In this document: one piece after another, positions 37,964 through 50,760 of the stretch | Layout: every line of letters starts with the position of its first letter | Position numbering within the stretch: position 1 is the stretch's first letter | Source: Felis catus | Taxonomy: Eukaryota | Assembly (NCBI RefSeq): GCF_018350175.1 | Contig: NC_058368.1 | Location: forward strand, 72,604,001 to 72,668,000 | Length of the DNA: 64,000 bases | Reading direction: 5' to 3' | Translations under genes and position numbers: made by a program | Notes under the pieces: generated by a model | The model's database searches: none | Seen by the model: only the letters and a program-made list of their open reading frames with translations | Told to the model about the DNA's origin: nothing

Positions 37964-38812
37964 TGTGGGGGATAAGCTTAGGAATCCCCCAGGTTTACAC
38001 CAATGGGTTAATAAGGCATAAAGAAATACAGAGACATAAAATGCTCACATTCGAGTTTGGGTACACCAGATTGGCACCCTAAGAATAGGGGGGTGCAAAG
38101 GCACCCAGAGAATAGGGAGGCACAATGGTGCCAGGAATAGGGAGGTGCAAAGGCACCCCAAAATAGAGAGGGGGTGCAGGGCTCCCAGAATAGAGAGGGA
38201 GAGGCAAAGGCCTAAAATAGGATTAGCGCAAAGATGCCCAATACATAGATATATGAAATAAACAAGATTAGATATTCAGGGTGGAAGCACCCCCAATTTA
38301 GTACTATAGCAGAAAAGCTGCTTTCACAGGAGGATAGGGCCAGGTTAGGTAAATTGGTGAATTGGACTTTGGACCACTACGCTGCAGGCAAAGCAGCCCA
38401 GAGTGGAGATGGTCAACAAAAGAAAAGGTGCCTTGTTAACTGTGAGATTATTTCTTCTATCTGCCTTATCCCCTAGGTAAGATAAACAGAGGTGCTGCCT
38501 CATGTCTGCCTTTAACAACCATCTACCCATCTGCCCAGGGCCAGGATTTTGTTTTATATTGACCCAAACCCCAAACACTCTATATTTTCAAAACCCCCTT
38601 TCTCACTCATGTCCCCAAGTTAATGTTCACAGTTTCTTTGTCTCTTTATACATGCCTATCACGTTTGTAAGCCTTCTGATCTGAATAAATATGGGGTAAG
38701 GACCCTTATTTGGGACTCTTGCATTTTCCTGGACATTAGCCATCTCTCACTTTAATCCTGTGTCTACTTTTTTGCTGGCCAAAAAAGAACTTTAGACTTA
38801 GAATCTATGACA
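37964..38812 (+). mobile_element. Solo ERV LTR with internal ~26-bp tandem array
   Basis: TGT...ACA termini; perfect 6-bp TSD GTGGTC at 37958-37963 and 38813-38818; AATAAA 38684-38689. Confidence 0.88.
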
Positions 38813-40800
38813 GTGGTCCCAATATGCCTTTTCTCCCTATTTCTTACTATTTCTTAATATCTTCCCAGTTAAAAAGGTCTTACAAATATTGTCTGTTCAT
38901 ATTTGTTGTCCAGAATTTTCCCACACTCTGGCCACTTCTAGGAGTAGAGTCCCTTCTTCTCTCCATTTATTCAGATCCCTCAGGAGCACCTATGACCCAT
39001 CATCATGAAGACTTTTCTGATTGGGTTGCCATATGACTTGACTCCGGGAGATACATTAACATATATGTATCCTAGGATGCTCATTTCTTTTTCACTGTTG
39101 GATATTAGCACCTCTTCCTTTTAGCCTTTAATCTTATGGAATGCTTCACTGATGTCATTCTGACAATTCTTAAATCATTTCAGTGTTTTTATTATACCAC
39201 ATCCTGAACAGATCTCCCCAGTCCCCATCTCTTTGTTCAGTCTATCCAATCTTTCTCTTCTTCTATTTGTCAATTCCTGCCCTCACTTTTGGGAGGGGTA
39301 CATATTTATTAAACACCTGCTGCTTACCTTGGATTGTTTAAGGCAATGGATATACAGCATTGAACAAATCAGACTGATCTTTGCTTTGAAGTGAAAAAAA
39401 AGCATCACTCATATCATTATTCATTAGTACACTATTCATTAGCAGTCTACAGGACCAGGTGCTGAGAGGGAGAAGTACCCAAAGCTAGAGAAGCTGAGCA
39501 GTAAGCTGACAGGGTCATGAAAGCTTTATGCTGGGTTTTAGCCATCTATTTCAGGAATAGCTCTCAGAATCACCTCTGGCTTTCTTCATACTGTTCCCTC
39601 TAAAGAGGGAACAGTAAACTACACATTTGCAAAACATATCCATTTTCCCTAATTGCCCCCTAGATTCTCTTTCTATTTGAGCAGATAAGAAGTACAATCA
39701 TTACACCCTCCACATAAAATTACACCTCTCTCCAATATACAAATGGAATGTGCACATGGATGTAACCTTGACATATCCTTAGTTTTCAATTTTTTGAATT
39801 ATATATAGATCTGTAAACTACTGAAAGGCAAGGAGCATAACTTCTTTCTGCTTTGGAAGACACATTTGCAATGGGGGTCAGCAACCCCAGCTGATGGGGA
39901 CAGCCTCTGTTTAAATATCCAAAGTTTCAAAGGCCAGCTTCCCTTGCAGGCTAAAAGAGAAAAATAAGTCAGTCAAAAATGTAAAGTAAAACAATACTAT
40001 TTCTGAGTGGTGAGCAACTTGACATAGGTTTTTGTGGCTTTAAATGTCATTTTAAGCCATTCTTAGCATTAGCTTAGTAATTAGGCACTGTGATTAGACA
40101 CATCTATCTTTAAACTAAAATGCATTGTATACTACAACCTTATCCCATTACCAAGGCACCCGGCTTGATAGCAATATATGTGTAGAATTCCTTCTTCCTT
40201 TTTTTCTTAAATTGTTTCTGGGTCTTTTCTGGTGGTAGAGACAATCAAGTATAAGTGGTATTAAAGATTAAGTTAATTTATAGTGTTTTTTGGGGTTTTT
40301 TTGGCTATCAACATATTCCTAATGTTCTAAATAGTAACACCATGAGAATTCTACTGCCCATGCTTGAGAATATAGACCATTCACAACGCTTTGCTGAAGG
40401 TTCACTATTACCGACCATAGAACTCTAATGGACATAAAATTAATCAGTGCTTCCAAAGACCCTGGCTGTTTCTACCATCTGGCAGACTCCATGAGCCAGT
40501 TTCCAGGAGCCTAGCTGATATAACCAGCTGCTGGATTACACCCACTAGACAGGACTGGCTGATGTTACATGCCCATCACTGTCCTGATATTCTAGTACCA
40601 AGGCCTTGGCTCCTGGCCCAAATATGCATTTTACCCCAATTCACAGAATTATGAAAGCACTATTATTCACTAAGTCTCATGAACTGTCTATCCATGTTTG
40701 GTTTATCCATTTATCTACAAGAATAGGGATTTTACTTAGTCATTGACTATTTGAATATGAAGGGTTCCATTGATTCTAACTATGAAGAGAAAATACTTCC

Positions 40801-41164
40801 TGTATTAGTTTGGTAGAGCTACCTTAACACAGTACCACAGAGTAGGTGGCTTAACCAACAGAAATTTATTTACCCACAGTCCTGGAAGCTTGAAGGGTAG
40901 ATGAGGTTGATTTTGTTTGAAACTTCTGTCCTTGGCTCTCTTCTCCCTATGTCTTCCTATAATCTTCCCTCTTGTGTTCCTATGTCTTAATCTTCTCTTT
41001 TTATAAAGATACCTATTGTATTGGATTAGGGCTTTTCTCAGTGACCTCATTTTAACTTAAATACTTATTTAAAGGCCATGTCTTGAGATATAGTCACATT
41101 CTGAGGTAGTGGGGGTTAGGGTTTCAACATATGAATTTAAGTGAAGACAAAATGCAGCATAACA
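40801..41164 (-). mobile_element. MaLR LTR (MLT1-like)
   Basis: TGTATTAGTTT...GGTGGCTTAACCAACAGAAATTTATT...GTCACATTCTGAGGTAGTGGGGGTTAGG...ATAACA. Confidence 0.85.
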
Positions 41165-41593
41165 CTTTTCTTTTTCCAGTTTATCTGATTCTTGGGTTTC
41201 CTACTATGGTTGCTAACTATTAAGCCAAATAGCATTTATATATGTTGTTAGAAGGTTAATGGTATGCCTTTTAAGAAACTTAAAAAACATCAACTGTCTC
41301 CATCACGGATTTTATGACATACCTGCCAGGGAGGACAACACTGATAACTCAAGTCACGTTGCCATTTAATCCTGACCCACCGACTGCCAATGTGCAATCT
41401 GTTTTATCTTTCCAATTATACTATGTTATGTGCTATCTAAAAGCCAGAATCCAAGACTAATTCTGGATTTTATCCTCTAAGTGGATATTCCAAACATAGA
41501 ATAAACACTGAACTATAATTCAGAAAATGTGACATCATCCACATTACTAATTAATGGTGTATCCTTCAACATATTGTTCAAGAGTATACTGCA

Positions 41594-41817
41594 GGGGTGC
41601 CTTAGTAGCTCAGTCAGCTGAGGGTCTGTTGACTCTTTGTTTCCACTCAGGTCATGATTCCAGGATCATGGAATCAAGTCCCATGTTGGGGGCTCAATGG
41701 GGAGCCTACTTAAGATTCTCTCTCCTCCCATGCATCCCCCGTCAGATTCTCTCTCTCCCTCTGTTCCTTTCCTAAACCAGCTCTCTCTGTGTCAAAAAAT
41801 TAATTAATTTTTAAAAA
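41594..41817 (+). mobile_element. Old CanSINE
   Basis: Diverged head, CTCAGGTCATGATTCCAGG; degenerate TSD AGTATA(C/T)TGCA. Confidence 0.85.
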
Positions 41818-42077
41818 TAGTATATTGCAAAACTAAGCCAATAGTACTTTCCTTAGCTTTCTAATACAGTTTTAAAAAAGAAAATTAGAATCTATAGGAA
41901 AGTCTCTTAAAAGCCATAACATATTGGATAGCTATTATTATCCCTTTTTGTGATTCTTACTGTGAGTGAATGGATGACCCACTATTTTTATGCATCAAAC
42001 TCAGTCATTTCCCGCCCCCCCATGTATTTCCATAACACTCTCCCTTAACTTTATTATAATTTTCATTATCCTATGGG

Positions 42078-42222
42078 TTTTTTGTTTTGTTTTGTTTTGT
42101 TTAAGTAGGCTGCATGCCCAGTATGGAACCAAATGTGGGGCTTGAACTCATGACCCCAAGATCAAGACTTGAACTGAGATCAAGAATCTGATGCTCAACT
42201 GATTGAGACACCCAGAAGCCCC
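42078..42222 (-). mobile_element. Short CanSINE variant lacking the (CT)n region
   Basis: GGGGCTTGAACTCATGACCCCAAGATCAAGAC; flanks TCATTAT..TATG on both sides. Confidence 0.85.
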
Positions 42223-43359
42223 TCATTATATTATGTTTTAATTGTGAATTCACTCATCTTTTTTCCCACTGAATTATAAACCCTTGAGGAAAAGGATCAT
42301 GTGTATGTTAAGTTCTGCTTCCTCAATGCATAACCCTACACAGTTTCCAGTAGAAACTCGCTGTGTTTTCTGGTTACTGACTGCATCTCCTCAGAGCATG
42401 TCAGCTGGATTTTCATTCTGGGTGGCAAACATCCTGTCCTCTTTCCATCCTCCTCCCCAGACAGCTCACAGCCTCCATCCATGAGCAGTGGCTGTCTAGG
42501 CACACTTCCAACCCTCTTATACTGTCACCTCAAAGTGTGTAGGATTGTAATTGGGCTTGGTGTTTGTTTTCACCCCGTGCTCACCTCTGCCCACTGAGAA
42601 GATTAAATCACACATAAATGCCTGGCTGTTTCCAATTACCTTTGTTTTTCTTTTTTCTAAAATCACCAGGGCAGTTCTGCTGGTATGCAGAACATGCAGA
42701 ATGCAGGCGCACTAGCGTTGGGTGCCTCAATGATTTGGGAAAACCACACAGCTAATTTGAGGTTGCTGAGATGTCTGCCTTCTGATTTCCCTATCCAGGC
42801 TGCCACTGTCAATTTAGAGCAATTAACTGGTAATTACGATTCTGAACAGGAAAATTAATTTGGGGGACTGTAATCACTGTCCTCCCTCCAGGAAATCTAC
42901 ACGTGTGTGTACGCACTGAAAAAAATTCTGAAATATTTGTCAGTGTAATGAAAAGCAGTAGCCTTGAGACAGAATACTTGGTTAATGAATTTATCATGAA
43001 TCCAAAGCCTGTAATTATCAGAGAGACCTAATCGATTCTTTTAATGTGACTTGGACATTACATGCTTGCCTTCTTTGCTCACTTTGAATGTGATCAAGTT
43101 CAAAACCAAATGCAAGAAGGAGAAGATGCCGACATTTAATTGGATTTTTCAGAGTGTGTTTTCCAAGTAATTCCCCATTTTGGGGTTAGTAATATCAACC
43201 AGAAGGATTTGCTTTTCAGTTCTATAAGTATCAATAGCCTCACCTGTCTAAGGTTTTGGATATTTCTTCACCTTTTTTTGACCTCCAGGATGCTCCCTAA
43301 TTTAAGGGACATCCTACCCTTTCATTATTTTTGTGCCTTTTTTGTCTATACATTTTTAA

Positions 43360-43386
43360 TGAAAAAAATTAATGTTTGTTTATTTT

Positions 43387-43427
<41 letters not shown>

Positions 43428-43593
43428 GAGTGACCAGGGGAGGGGCAAAGAGAGAGGGAGACATGGAATTCAAAGCAGGCTCCAGGCTCTGAGTTGTCAG
43501 CACAGAGCCCGACACGGGGCTCAACTCACAAACCGTAAGATCATAACCTGAGCTGAGCTTGGACCCTTAACCAACTGAGCCACCCAAGGCCCC
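43360..43593 (-). mobile_element. CanSINE
   Basis: TSD TGTCTATACATTTTTAA at 43343-43359 and 43594-43610. Confidence 0.95.
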
Positions 43594-46402
43594 TGTCTAT
43601 ACATTTTTAAAATCTACATATTCATTGTAGGATCTTCTTTCCCCCATAGAAGGACCCATGATTTGGTTTGCTCTCTCCACTATACATACACTGCTTTAGG
43701 GGTTTATTCACTAGCACCTTTCCAGTCACATGACTCACAAATTATCTCTGATTTCAGACCTTCCTACCTCTCCTTCCCTGTGCTGAACATATCCAGAACT
43801 TTTTCCATTTCAGTGTTTCAGTGGCCAGGATTGTGTCTGGAGTGGAATTCTCTCCTTTAAGATATCACTTCTCCTATTTTTTATGCTTCCCATCCCTCAC
43901 ATTGTTCTTTTATGTCCCCAAGCTTAGACTTCTGGAATCCACTGGGAATTCTTTCTCCCTGGCTTATTCTTGACCCTCAACAGGCACCAACTACCAAATA
44001 TTATTTTCTTTCAATTTCCAACATTATAAGCTTTTTAGAGTTTTGCAAGTGCCTTCATGCCCCAGTTTCTGATCTCTGTGTTGGTTTTGTAAAGACTGTC
44101 TTCACTTCCCACCTCAAATTGTAACTTGCGACCCACTTAGAACATCACATTCTTTACTCTCCATCCAATCGGATCTGTTCTTCAAATCTTCCACAGATTT
44201 CCTGGACATCATGAAATTTCTTCATATATGTATTCTGAACTCTTCTCTAGTCATTTGGATAACTACAAAATTTAAGCATCGACTCCTATTCGTTTGAGAT
44301 TCTTGTGTTCTCCAATTTTAGAAGATTCCAGTAAAATTCTGAGGATCATAGGAGCCCAAGATACTATGGAAAACTGGAGTGAAAAGAATACTTTTTCGGA
44401 ATAAACATATAAAAGCCCTTTTAGATATTAGTTTCATAGGATGGAACAATAAAGAGTACATTAAATTAAAATAATATGTGACATTTTATACACTTCAAAT
44501 TAACAATGCAATTGCTCTGTATTAAAAGGCACTTACCATTCTTTGATTCCTGTCTTTAATGTTTCAATGATTTTTTTTTTTTGCTCTATTGCAAATAACA
44601 CACTTCTAGGGGCTCACCTTCCCTGCTTTTAGCCTTCAAGCAGATGTTAAATGTCATTCTGATGCCATGACCCTTACATTTTGCCTCCTGGCCCCATTTC
44701 TTCATCTAAAGTATTTCAGCTTCCATGGATGAAGGTCTAATTCTAACATTTTCCCAATCATTTCCCTTTTTAGGTTTACCTCTCATTTTTACAGAGCTTT
44801 GTTTTATTTTTCACAATAACCTCTTTTCACAATAAACTCTGCTGTCTGCTCTACCTCTCTTGTTTTCTTTGTAATTCAGGAGTCCCCTCCTTTTTCTCAT
44901 TATATCCTGCAGAAGTTCCAGCAATAAATGTGTAAGCACTAATCTCCTCATGTCTAGATAGGACAGTCAATTGCATTTGGGTGAGGCGGACCAGAACATG
45001 GGTAGTGTTATCGGCTGACTTTATTTGTTCTCTTGTAAATATCTACATTTGTTCCAGAATTTATTCCAGTACAAATTCCTCCTAACACATGAAACACCTA
45101 AACGCCAGAAGCTAGCTGTATTTCTCAGGCCTCGGTGTGCTTCACTGTACCTTTTGGATAATTGGACCCACCACAGGGATGGTGGTTAAATAGTTTTGGG
45201 CTTATGCTCGTGAATAAATATATTAAATAAGGATCCAAAGTGATTTTGACGCAACTTGACTTTGGATCATATTACGATGAACACCAGTGGAGGACAGAAA
45301 AGAACAACTAGTTGTACATCTTAAGAGTATTGGCAACCTGTCATACTTGTATCATTATATTTATATATCATTTCATTACACAGCTATATTGTGGATTTTG
45401 GTATGGATGTTTTGTACCCCAAATTCCCAAGTTCTTTGCATCTGAGAGCACTCGCTCAGTCAATAAGCCAAATGAAGTGAGGGTTAGTCGTGTTGATGGA
45501 AAATATTTTCTGTGACTAACACACAGGTTAGCTATTCCAGAAGGTGGCTGTGAAGGAACCTCAGGTAGCAAAGAAATCCTGTCCTCTTTCCTGGCCTTCT
45601 TCCCAGTTGGGTGACCTTTGATAAACATAGAATCTGTCAAAACTTGCTTCCCCTATGAGTGTAATATGGGAATGTCACCATTTACTTCAAAGTGTTGTTT
45701 TAAGGATTAAATGAGAATGTGCTATGAGGTGCTGTGAACAGAAAACAAGCCTTAGGGAGCATTAATATGTCAGGTGTGAAGCATCGGAAGATGCAATATA
45801 GTATGAGATGCTCTGGCTTTCTGAAACTGACGATTTTACCCTCGTCTTCATACAATTCCTCTTCCCCTTTAAATTATATATTTTTTGTAAGTTCAGAAAA
45901 CTCATCTTACTCCTCAGGAGCTCTCTGAAAAATAGAAGTCTGTAGAGAATAAATGTTTCAAGTGAGTAATTTTACAAGCATACCTACTCTTCAGTAAATA
46001 TCGTTTGCTAATGGTAATGTTATATTCAACTCCTTTATCCAATATCTCCTTACCAGAAAGGGGATTCTTTTTAATGAGTCTATCACAACCTCTTGCAATA
46101 GCTCAGACACAATAAGATGGCAGATTTCTAGAAGCCTAGGCTCCAGTCAAAAGCCTTGATGTTGCTATCCTACCTTATACCCATTTATGTAAAATTTTAA
46201 CATTTTTATGGCCAGTTTCATGTGAAAGTTAATAAATGTGCACTGAAACCCACAGCGTAAAAAGGTGTCCAAAATTTAGGATTTGCTTGCTTTAAGGAAA
46301 TATTCAACTGAATATAACTCAGCCATTTGGAAAGTAAAGTTCCCTGGATGTCCAAGAACAAGCTGGATATGTTTATAAATTGGCATTTAAAAACAAAATT
46401 AA

Positions 46403-46630
46403 GGGGCGCCTGCGTGGCGCAGTCGGTTAAGCGTCCGACTTCAGCCAGGTCACGATCTCGCGGTCCGTGAGTTCGAGCCCCGCGTCGGGCTCTGGGCTGA
46501 TGGCTCAGAGCCTGGAGCCTGTTTCCGATTCTGTGTCGCCCTCTCTCTCTGCCCCTCCCCCATTCATGCTCTGTCTCTCTCTGTCCCAAAAATGAATAAA
46601 CGTTGAAAAAAAAATTAAAAAAAAAAATTA
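46403..46630 (+). mobile_element. Young feline CanSINE
   Basis: Near-identical to the copy at 28346; A-rich ambiguous TSD. Confidence 0.96.
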
Positions 46631-47843
46631 ACACAATATTAACTCTTCCTGAGGAATGAGTGTAATTCATTACAGCACCCAATAAAGGTAAATAGAAAAT
46701 ATTTTTTAAGCTTTGCTTGGTTTTTTCTTATCTGGCCTTTATGATAAATGAGAAAATAAACAGTCAATTGAAATGGTTACTGAAAAAGATCTGGAATTGT
46801 CACAGGGAATAGTATTGAAACCAAAAGCCATCTTACTAACAATGCAGAGTTTAAGAAGAATTCAGGTAGAATAAGTAAAAAGAAAGAAAAACAGAAAAGA
46901 GAATCGGCAAGGGTTATCTAAAGATGAACAATTAGAGTGAACGTAAGCTACTTTCCTGTTGTCAGAGGAAATCTTTACATCAGATGTAAAGAGCCCTGAT
47001 TCACACATAGATACCACCATCACTTTGGATCTCTGAAACAACAGGAAATAAAGGAAAGAGGTTTCTGCTAAAAAATGACAGCTTTTCATTTTAGTGTCAT
47101 CTGGGTTGACAATTGTTACACAGGACACATGTCAAAACTCATCATTGCTTATCTTGCAGATATGGGCCTTGGAAGTTTCCAGCAAAAACTGAAAACTCTG
47201 AACAACACAGTGAAATCCTATTTCATGAGATGAGCTCAGACCAAGGTGATTTTAGTGAAGGAAAAAAATTATAGAAAATAGTTATTGATTTATGGCTCAG
47301 ACTGCCATCATAAGAGGGCCATCAAAATTCAGGCTTGTTGTTAGTTGTAAATCCAACATCCTAAAACAAAGCTCATGCACAAATATTTTCTTTGCCCCAT
47401 ATTGTTTTTTTAACCAATAGACTCATGTTTGAAAAGCAGAACTCACATAAAATTGAGTTTTCTAACTAACTTTGAAAAATCTGATTTAGCAACACAAGCC
47501 CTGTACATATGCACCTTTGACACACAATCAGAAGAAGCTGAACAGGAAGCTGCGTCTCTCTCTTGCCACCAATGCCTATTGCTTCCTCCTCCAAGACTGA
47601 TTTTCTCATTTGCCTGCCTGAGCTCTTAGACACTTGAGTGTGAGATCCTTTGCTAAACCCTAAATAGGGATGTTTTGTGATTAATGGCCTCTACATTTTA
47701 TTATGAAAATGATCAATTAGCTATACTTATTAGTGGAACTCTAATGTTAGCAGCTCTGTTGATTTCAGGTAATCAAGCTTATTGCAAGGACACATGGAGA
47801 TACAGGATAGGTAAACACACTGAGAACCATATGACTCCCTCTG

Positions 47844-47844
<1 letters not shown>

Positions 47845-47878
<34 letters not shown>
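47845..47878 (+). repeat. (CA)n microsatellite
   Basis: Perfect CA run. Confidence 0.98.
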
Positions 47879-47881
<3 letters not shown>

Positions 47882-48541
47882 CTCCAATGTTGTATCAGCA
47901 ATTGGAAATGTGTGTAGTCTGCCTCTGACCACCTTTACCATCATTCTTGTGACTTAACCTCTTTCTTTGCTTTACTGTTTCTACTTTATTTGCTCTTCCT
48001 TCCCATCCTTTATCCAGCTCTCCCCCCCCCCCACCCCGTATTTCCCTTTTCTGCTAACAACACCCAGGACTCTCTATAAGTCTCTGGTCATTCCTGACAC
48101 TTTGTAGTCTGTCCTTTTTCCCTCTAGCTTTCAACTCTCCAGGGGAAGTACTGCTTTGGCCAGCAGTCAGATAGGATGCAGTGTAGAATGCTCCCATGGG
48201 CAGAGTTCTCATAGATGCTGCTGGGGAGCCTGAGATGCTATTAAGTAGCTCAGCTACCAATTCCTGGTCCCAATCAGAAGTGACTAAGATAGATGGCCAC
48301 ACAGTGCAAAGCATGCAAATTTAGGCACAAGGAACTGCCTGTGGCTCCTTTCTCCTTATTCCAAGTAGCAAGCATTTTGACACATGTCCATTTAATATAT
48401 GGATAATGTTTCTCTGTTTTATCAGCAGCTCAAAGCTTCAAATTTCTTTTATTGTTACCATGTTTGAGCCCCTGGGAACTTCCTAGCAGCAGGAGAGTAA
48501 AAAGTAAAACAAAACTATGATTCATTTAACTGGATATTCTG

Positions 48542-49148
48542 TTTTTTTTTTTTTTAAATTTCTGCTTTACTGAGGTATAATGGACAAATAAAATTGTACG
48601 ATAATTTAAAGTGCACATTGGTGATGTGATATACGTATACACTGAAAGGATTCTTTCCCATCTGGTTAATTCACAATCCATTACCCCTCTTATCTATTTA
48701 GTTAGTTAGTTATTTAGTTAGTTACTTGGTGAGGACATTTTATTTCTATTCTCATAAATTTCAGTGATATAATACAACGTCATCAACTATAGTCACCAAG
48801 TTTTACATTAGATCCTCAGACCTTATTCATCTTATTTATGAAAATTTGTACCCTTTTACCAACCTTTCCATATTTTCTGCACCCCCCCAAGCCCCTGGCA
48901 ACCACTTTTCTACTCTGTTAATTTTTTCAAGATATCACATATAAGTGATACCATAAAGTGGTTTTGCCTTTTCTCTCTCTGCCTTATCTCACTCAGCATA
49001 ATGCCCTCAAGGTCCATCATGTTGTCACAAATGGCAGGATTTCCTTCTTTTTCATGGCTGAATAAAGTTCCATTGTATGTATATACCACATATTCTTTAT
49101 CCATTCCTTCATCCACGGACATTTAGGTTGTTTCCACCTCTTGATTAA
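48542..49148 (-). mobile_element. L1 3' end (L1MA-like), 5'-truncated
   Basis: Poly-T start, AACTATAGTCACCA, GCCCCTGGCAACCAC, GGCAGGATTTCCTTCTTTTTCATGGCTGAATA; translation MDLEGIMLSEI resembles the ORF2 C-terminus. Confidence 0.9.
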
Positions 49149-49512
49149 TGTTTGTTATTTCACTCCTCAGCAAATGGTGTGGAAGTGTTTCCTGGGAATT
49201 GGAATAACAAACATAAACAAAGGGCAGGTTTCTAGTACAATCTCTACAAAATATACTGTGAGGCTGGGGAGTGGGAAATGGATGCAACAAAAGCTGATTG
49301 CACAAATATTTATTGATCGATGACTCATGAAGATGGAGCCCATCACATCTGCAGGCTGACCAAGCTTGCATTTCAGCCTTTGCTTTTTAACGTTGTGCAC
49401 CTGCTTTGAGAATAAATTACACTCCACTTCTTCACTGTAAAACTTTGTTATCTGACCAAACACAATGATGATTATCAACCTCAGGGATAAGCTGAAGTAA
49501 TTGTTATGAATT

Positions 49513-49513
<1 letters not shown>

Positions 49514-49548
<35 letters not shown>
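49514..49548 (+). repeat. (GT)n microsatellite
   Basis: Perfect GT run. Confidence 0.98.
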
Positions 49549-49550
<2 letters not shown>

Positions 49551-49853
49551 CACACTCAGTAGAAATACAGATGTTTAAAGTCAGTAAGGAAAAAATATCT
49601 TGGAAATGATAAGTCTCAAAAAAACCACAAAGTAATCTTTTCATTGTCTTGAAGTTGTTTCAAAAAGTAGTCTTTTCTTCAAAGACAAAATAACTATAAG
49701 GAAAGGCTGAATTAAGAAAATTCATAATGGTTATCAGTAGATGGTAAGATTTTCTAAAACTATGAAAGTGTGTGCTAACGGCATTTCCAATCCTTAGATA
49801 ATCTCTGGTGTGAAATTTCTTCACTTCTATTTCCTCTCAGTGCTTTGGAAAGT

Positions 49854-49924
49854 CTTCCTTCCTTCCTCCCTCCCTTCTTTCTTTTCTTTTTTTCTTTCTT
49901 TTTTTTTTCTTTCTTTCTTTCTTT
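49854..49924 (+). repeat. Polypyrimidine (CCTT/TTTC)n tract
   Basis: Read directly. Confidence 0.9.
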
Positions 49925-50229
49925 GGTTAGTTACTTGGTGAGGACAATTTGGTTGTTAAGGATCTCTAGATTGTCATGAAAAGGAAGCCTTGACTTGAAT
50001 AGCTATTTTTTCCTAGAGCAATAATTAAAAAAAACATACTAAGAAAATGAAGCACACAGTTTAATTCCACACAGATGTTTTGTTGTGTTGTAAAATCAAC
50101 AAATAGGGGAATAGGGAATAAGATTAGTTTAATGATGTATGCTCTAGAACAGCTCTGGTAAATTTTTTGGTTTTTATCTGAAAAAAAATATCCCATGATA
50201 AAATCATTTGACATAAAAAGAACTCAACT

Positions 50230-50335
50230 GGGGCACCTAGCTGGCTGTTAGTAGAGTGTGCAAATCTTGATCTTGGGGTCATGAGTTTGAGCCCCCGTGC
50301 TGGTTGTAGAGATTACTTAATAAAACTCTTTTTTA
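50230..50335 (+). mobile_element. Short tRNA-derived CanSINE variant
   Basis: GGGGCACCTAGCTGGCT...CTTGATCTTGGGGTCATGAGTTTGAGCCCC...TAGAGATTACTTAA; flanks AAAAGAAC(T/A)CAA. Confidence 0.85.
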
Positions 50336-50525
50336 AAAAGAACACAATTATGTTGATTCATAAACGACTGATTTTATTGACATTGTAAGTCATTTGACAA
50401 CTTGTTCAGAAAATAATAGGTGATAAAAAATCTAAGCTGAAATTTGAATAACACTATTCCACATCTCAGGTGTCTAACTGGTCTCTGGGGAGGAAATGGT
50501 GGTCAAAATTGAAAATGCCGATGCA

Positions 50526-50760
50526 GGGCATATGGGTGGCTCAGTCGGTTAAACGTTCAGCTTTTGATTTCGGCTCAGGTCATGATCTTGTGATCCATGA
50601 GTTCGAGCCCCCCATTGAGCCCCGCATCAAGCCCCATATCATGCTCCATACCGGCAGTGCAGAGCCTGCTTGGGTTTCTCTGTCTGCCTCTCATTCTCTC
50701 TGCCTCTCCCCTGCTTGTGCGTACCCTCTCTCTCAAAACAAATACGAATTTTAAAAAATT
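50526..50760 (+). mobile_element. CanSINE with internal triplication
   Basis: SINE head plus GAGCCCCCCATT GAGCCCCGCATC AAGCCCCATATC. Confidence 0.92.

Noticed and set aside
38073..38240. Regularly spaced ~26-bp repeats, superficially CRISPR-like
   Set aside because: Degenerate tandem units without unique spacers, inside a retroviral LTR in mammalian DNA.
44533..44541. Isolated strong minus-strand donors (ATG|GTAAGT here; AAG|GTGAGT near 11610)
   Set aside because: No matching acceptor at exon distance; isolated donor motifs are expected by chance.
46218..46682. 154-aa ORF and similar ORFs (65-376, 2968-3309, 28341-28586, 60489-60800, 63216-63491) sharing peptides like GAPGWRSRLSVRLQPGHDL
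   Set aside because: They are translations of CanSINE copies, not a gene family.
48910..49122. ORF resembling the L1 ORF2 C-terminus
   Set aside because: Frameshifted remnant of a truncated old L1, not a functional CDS.
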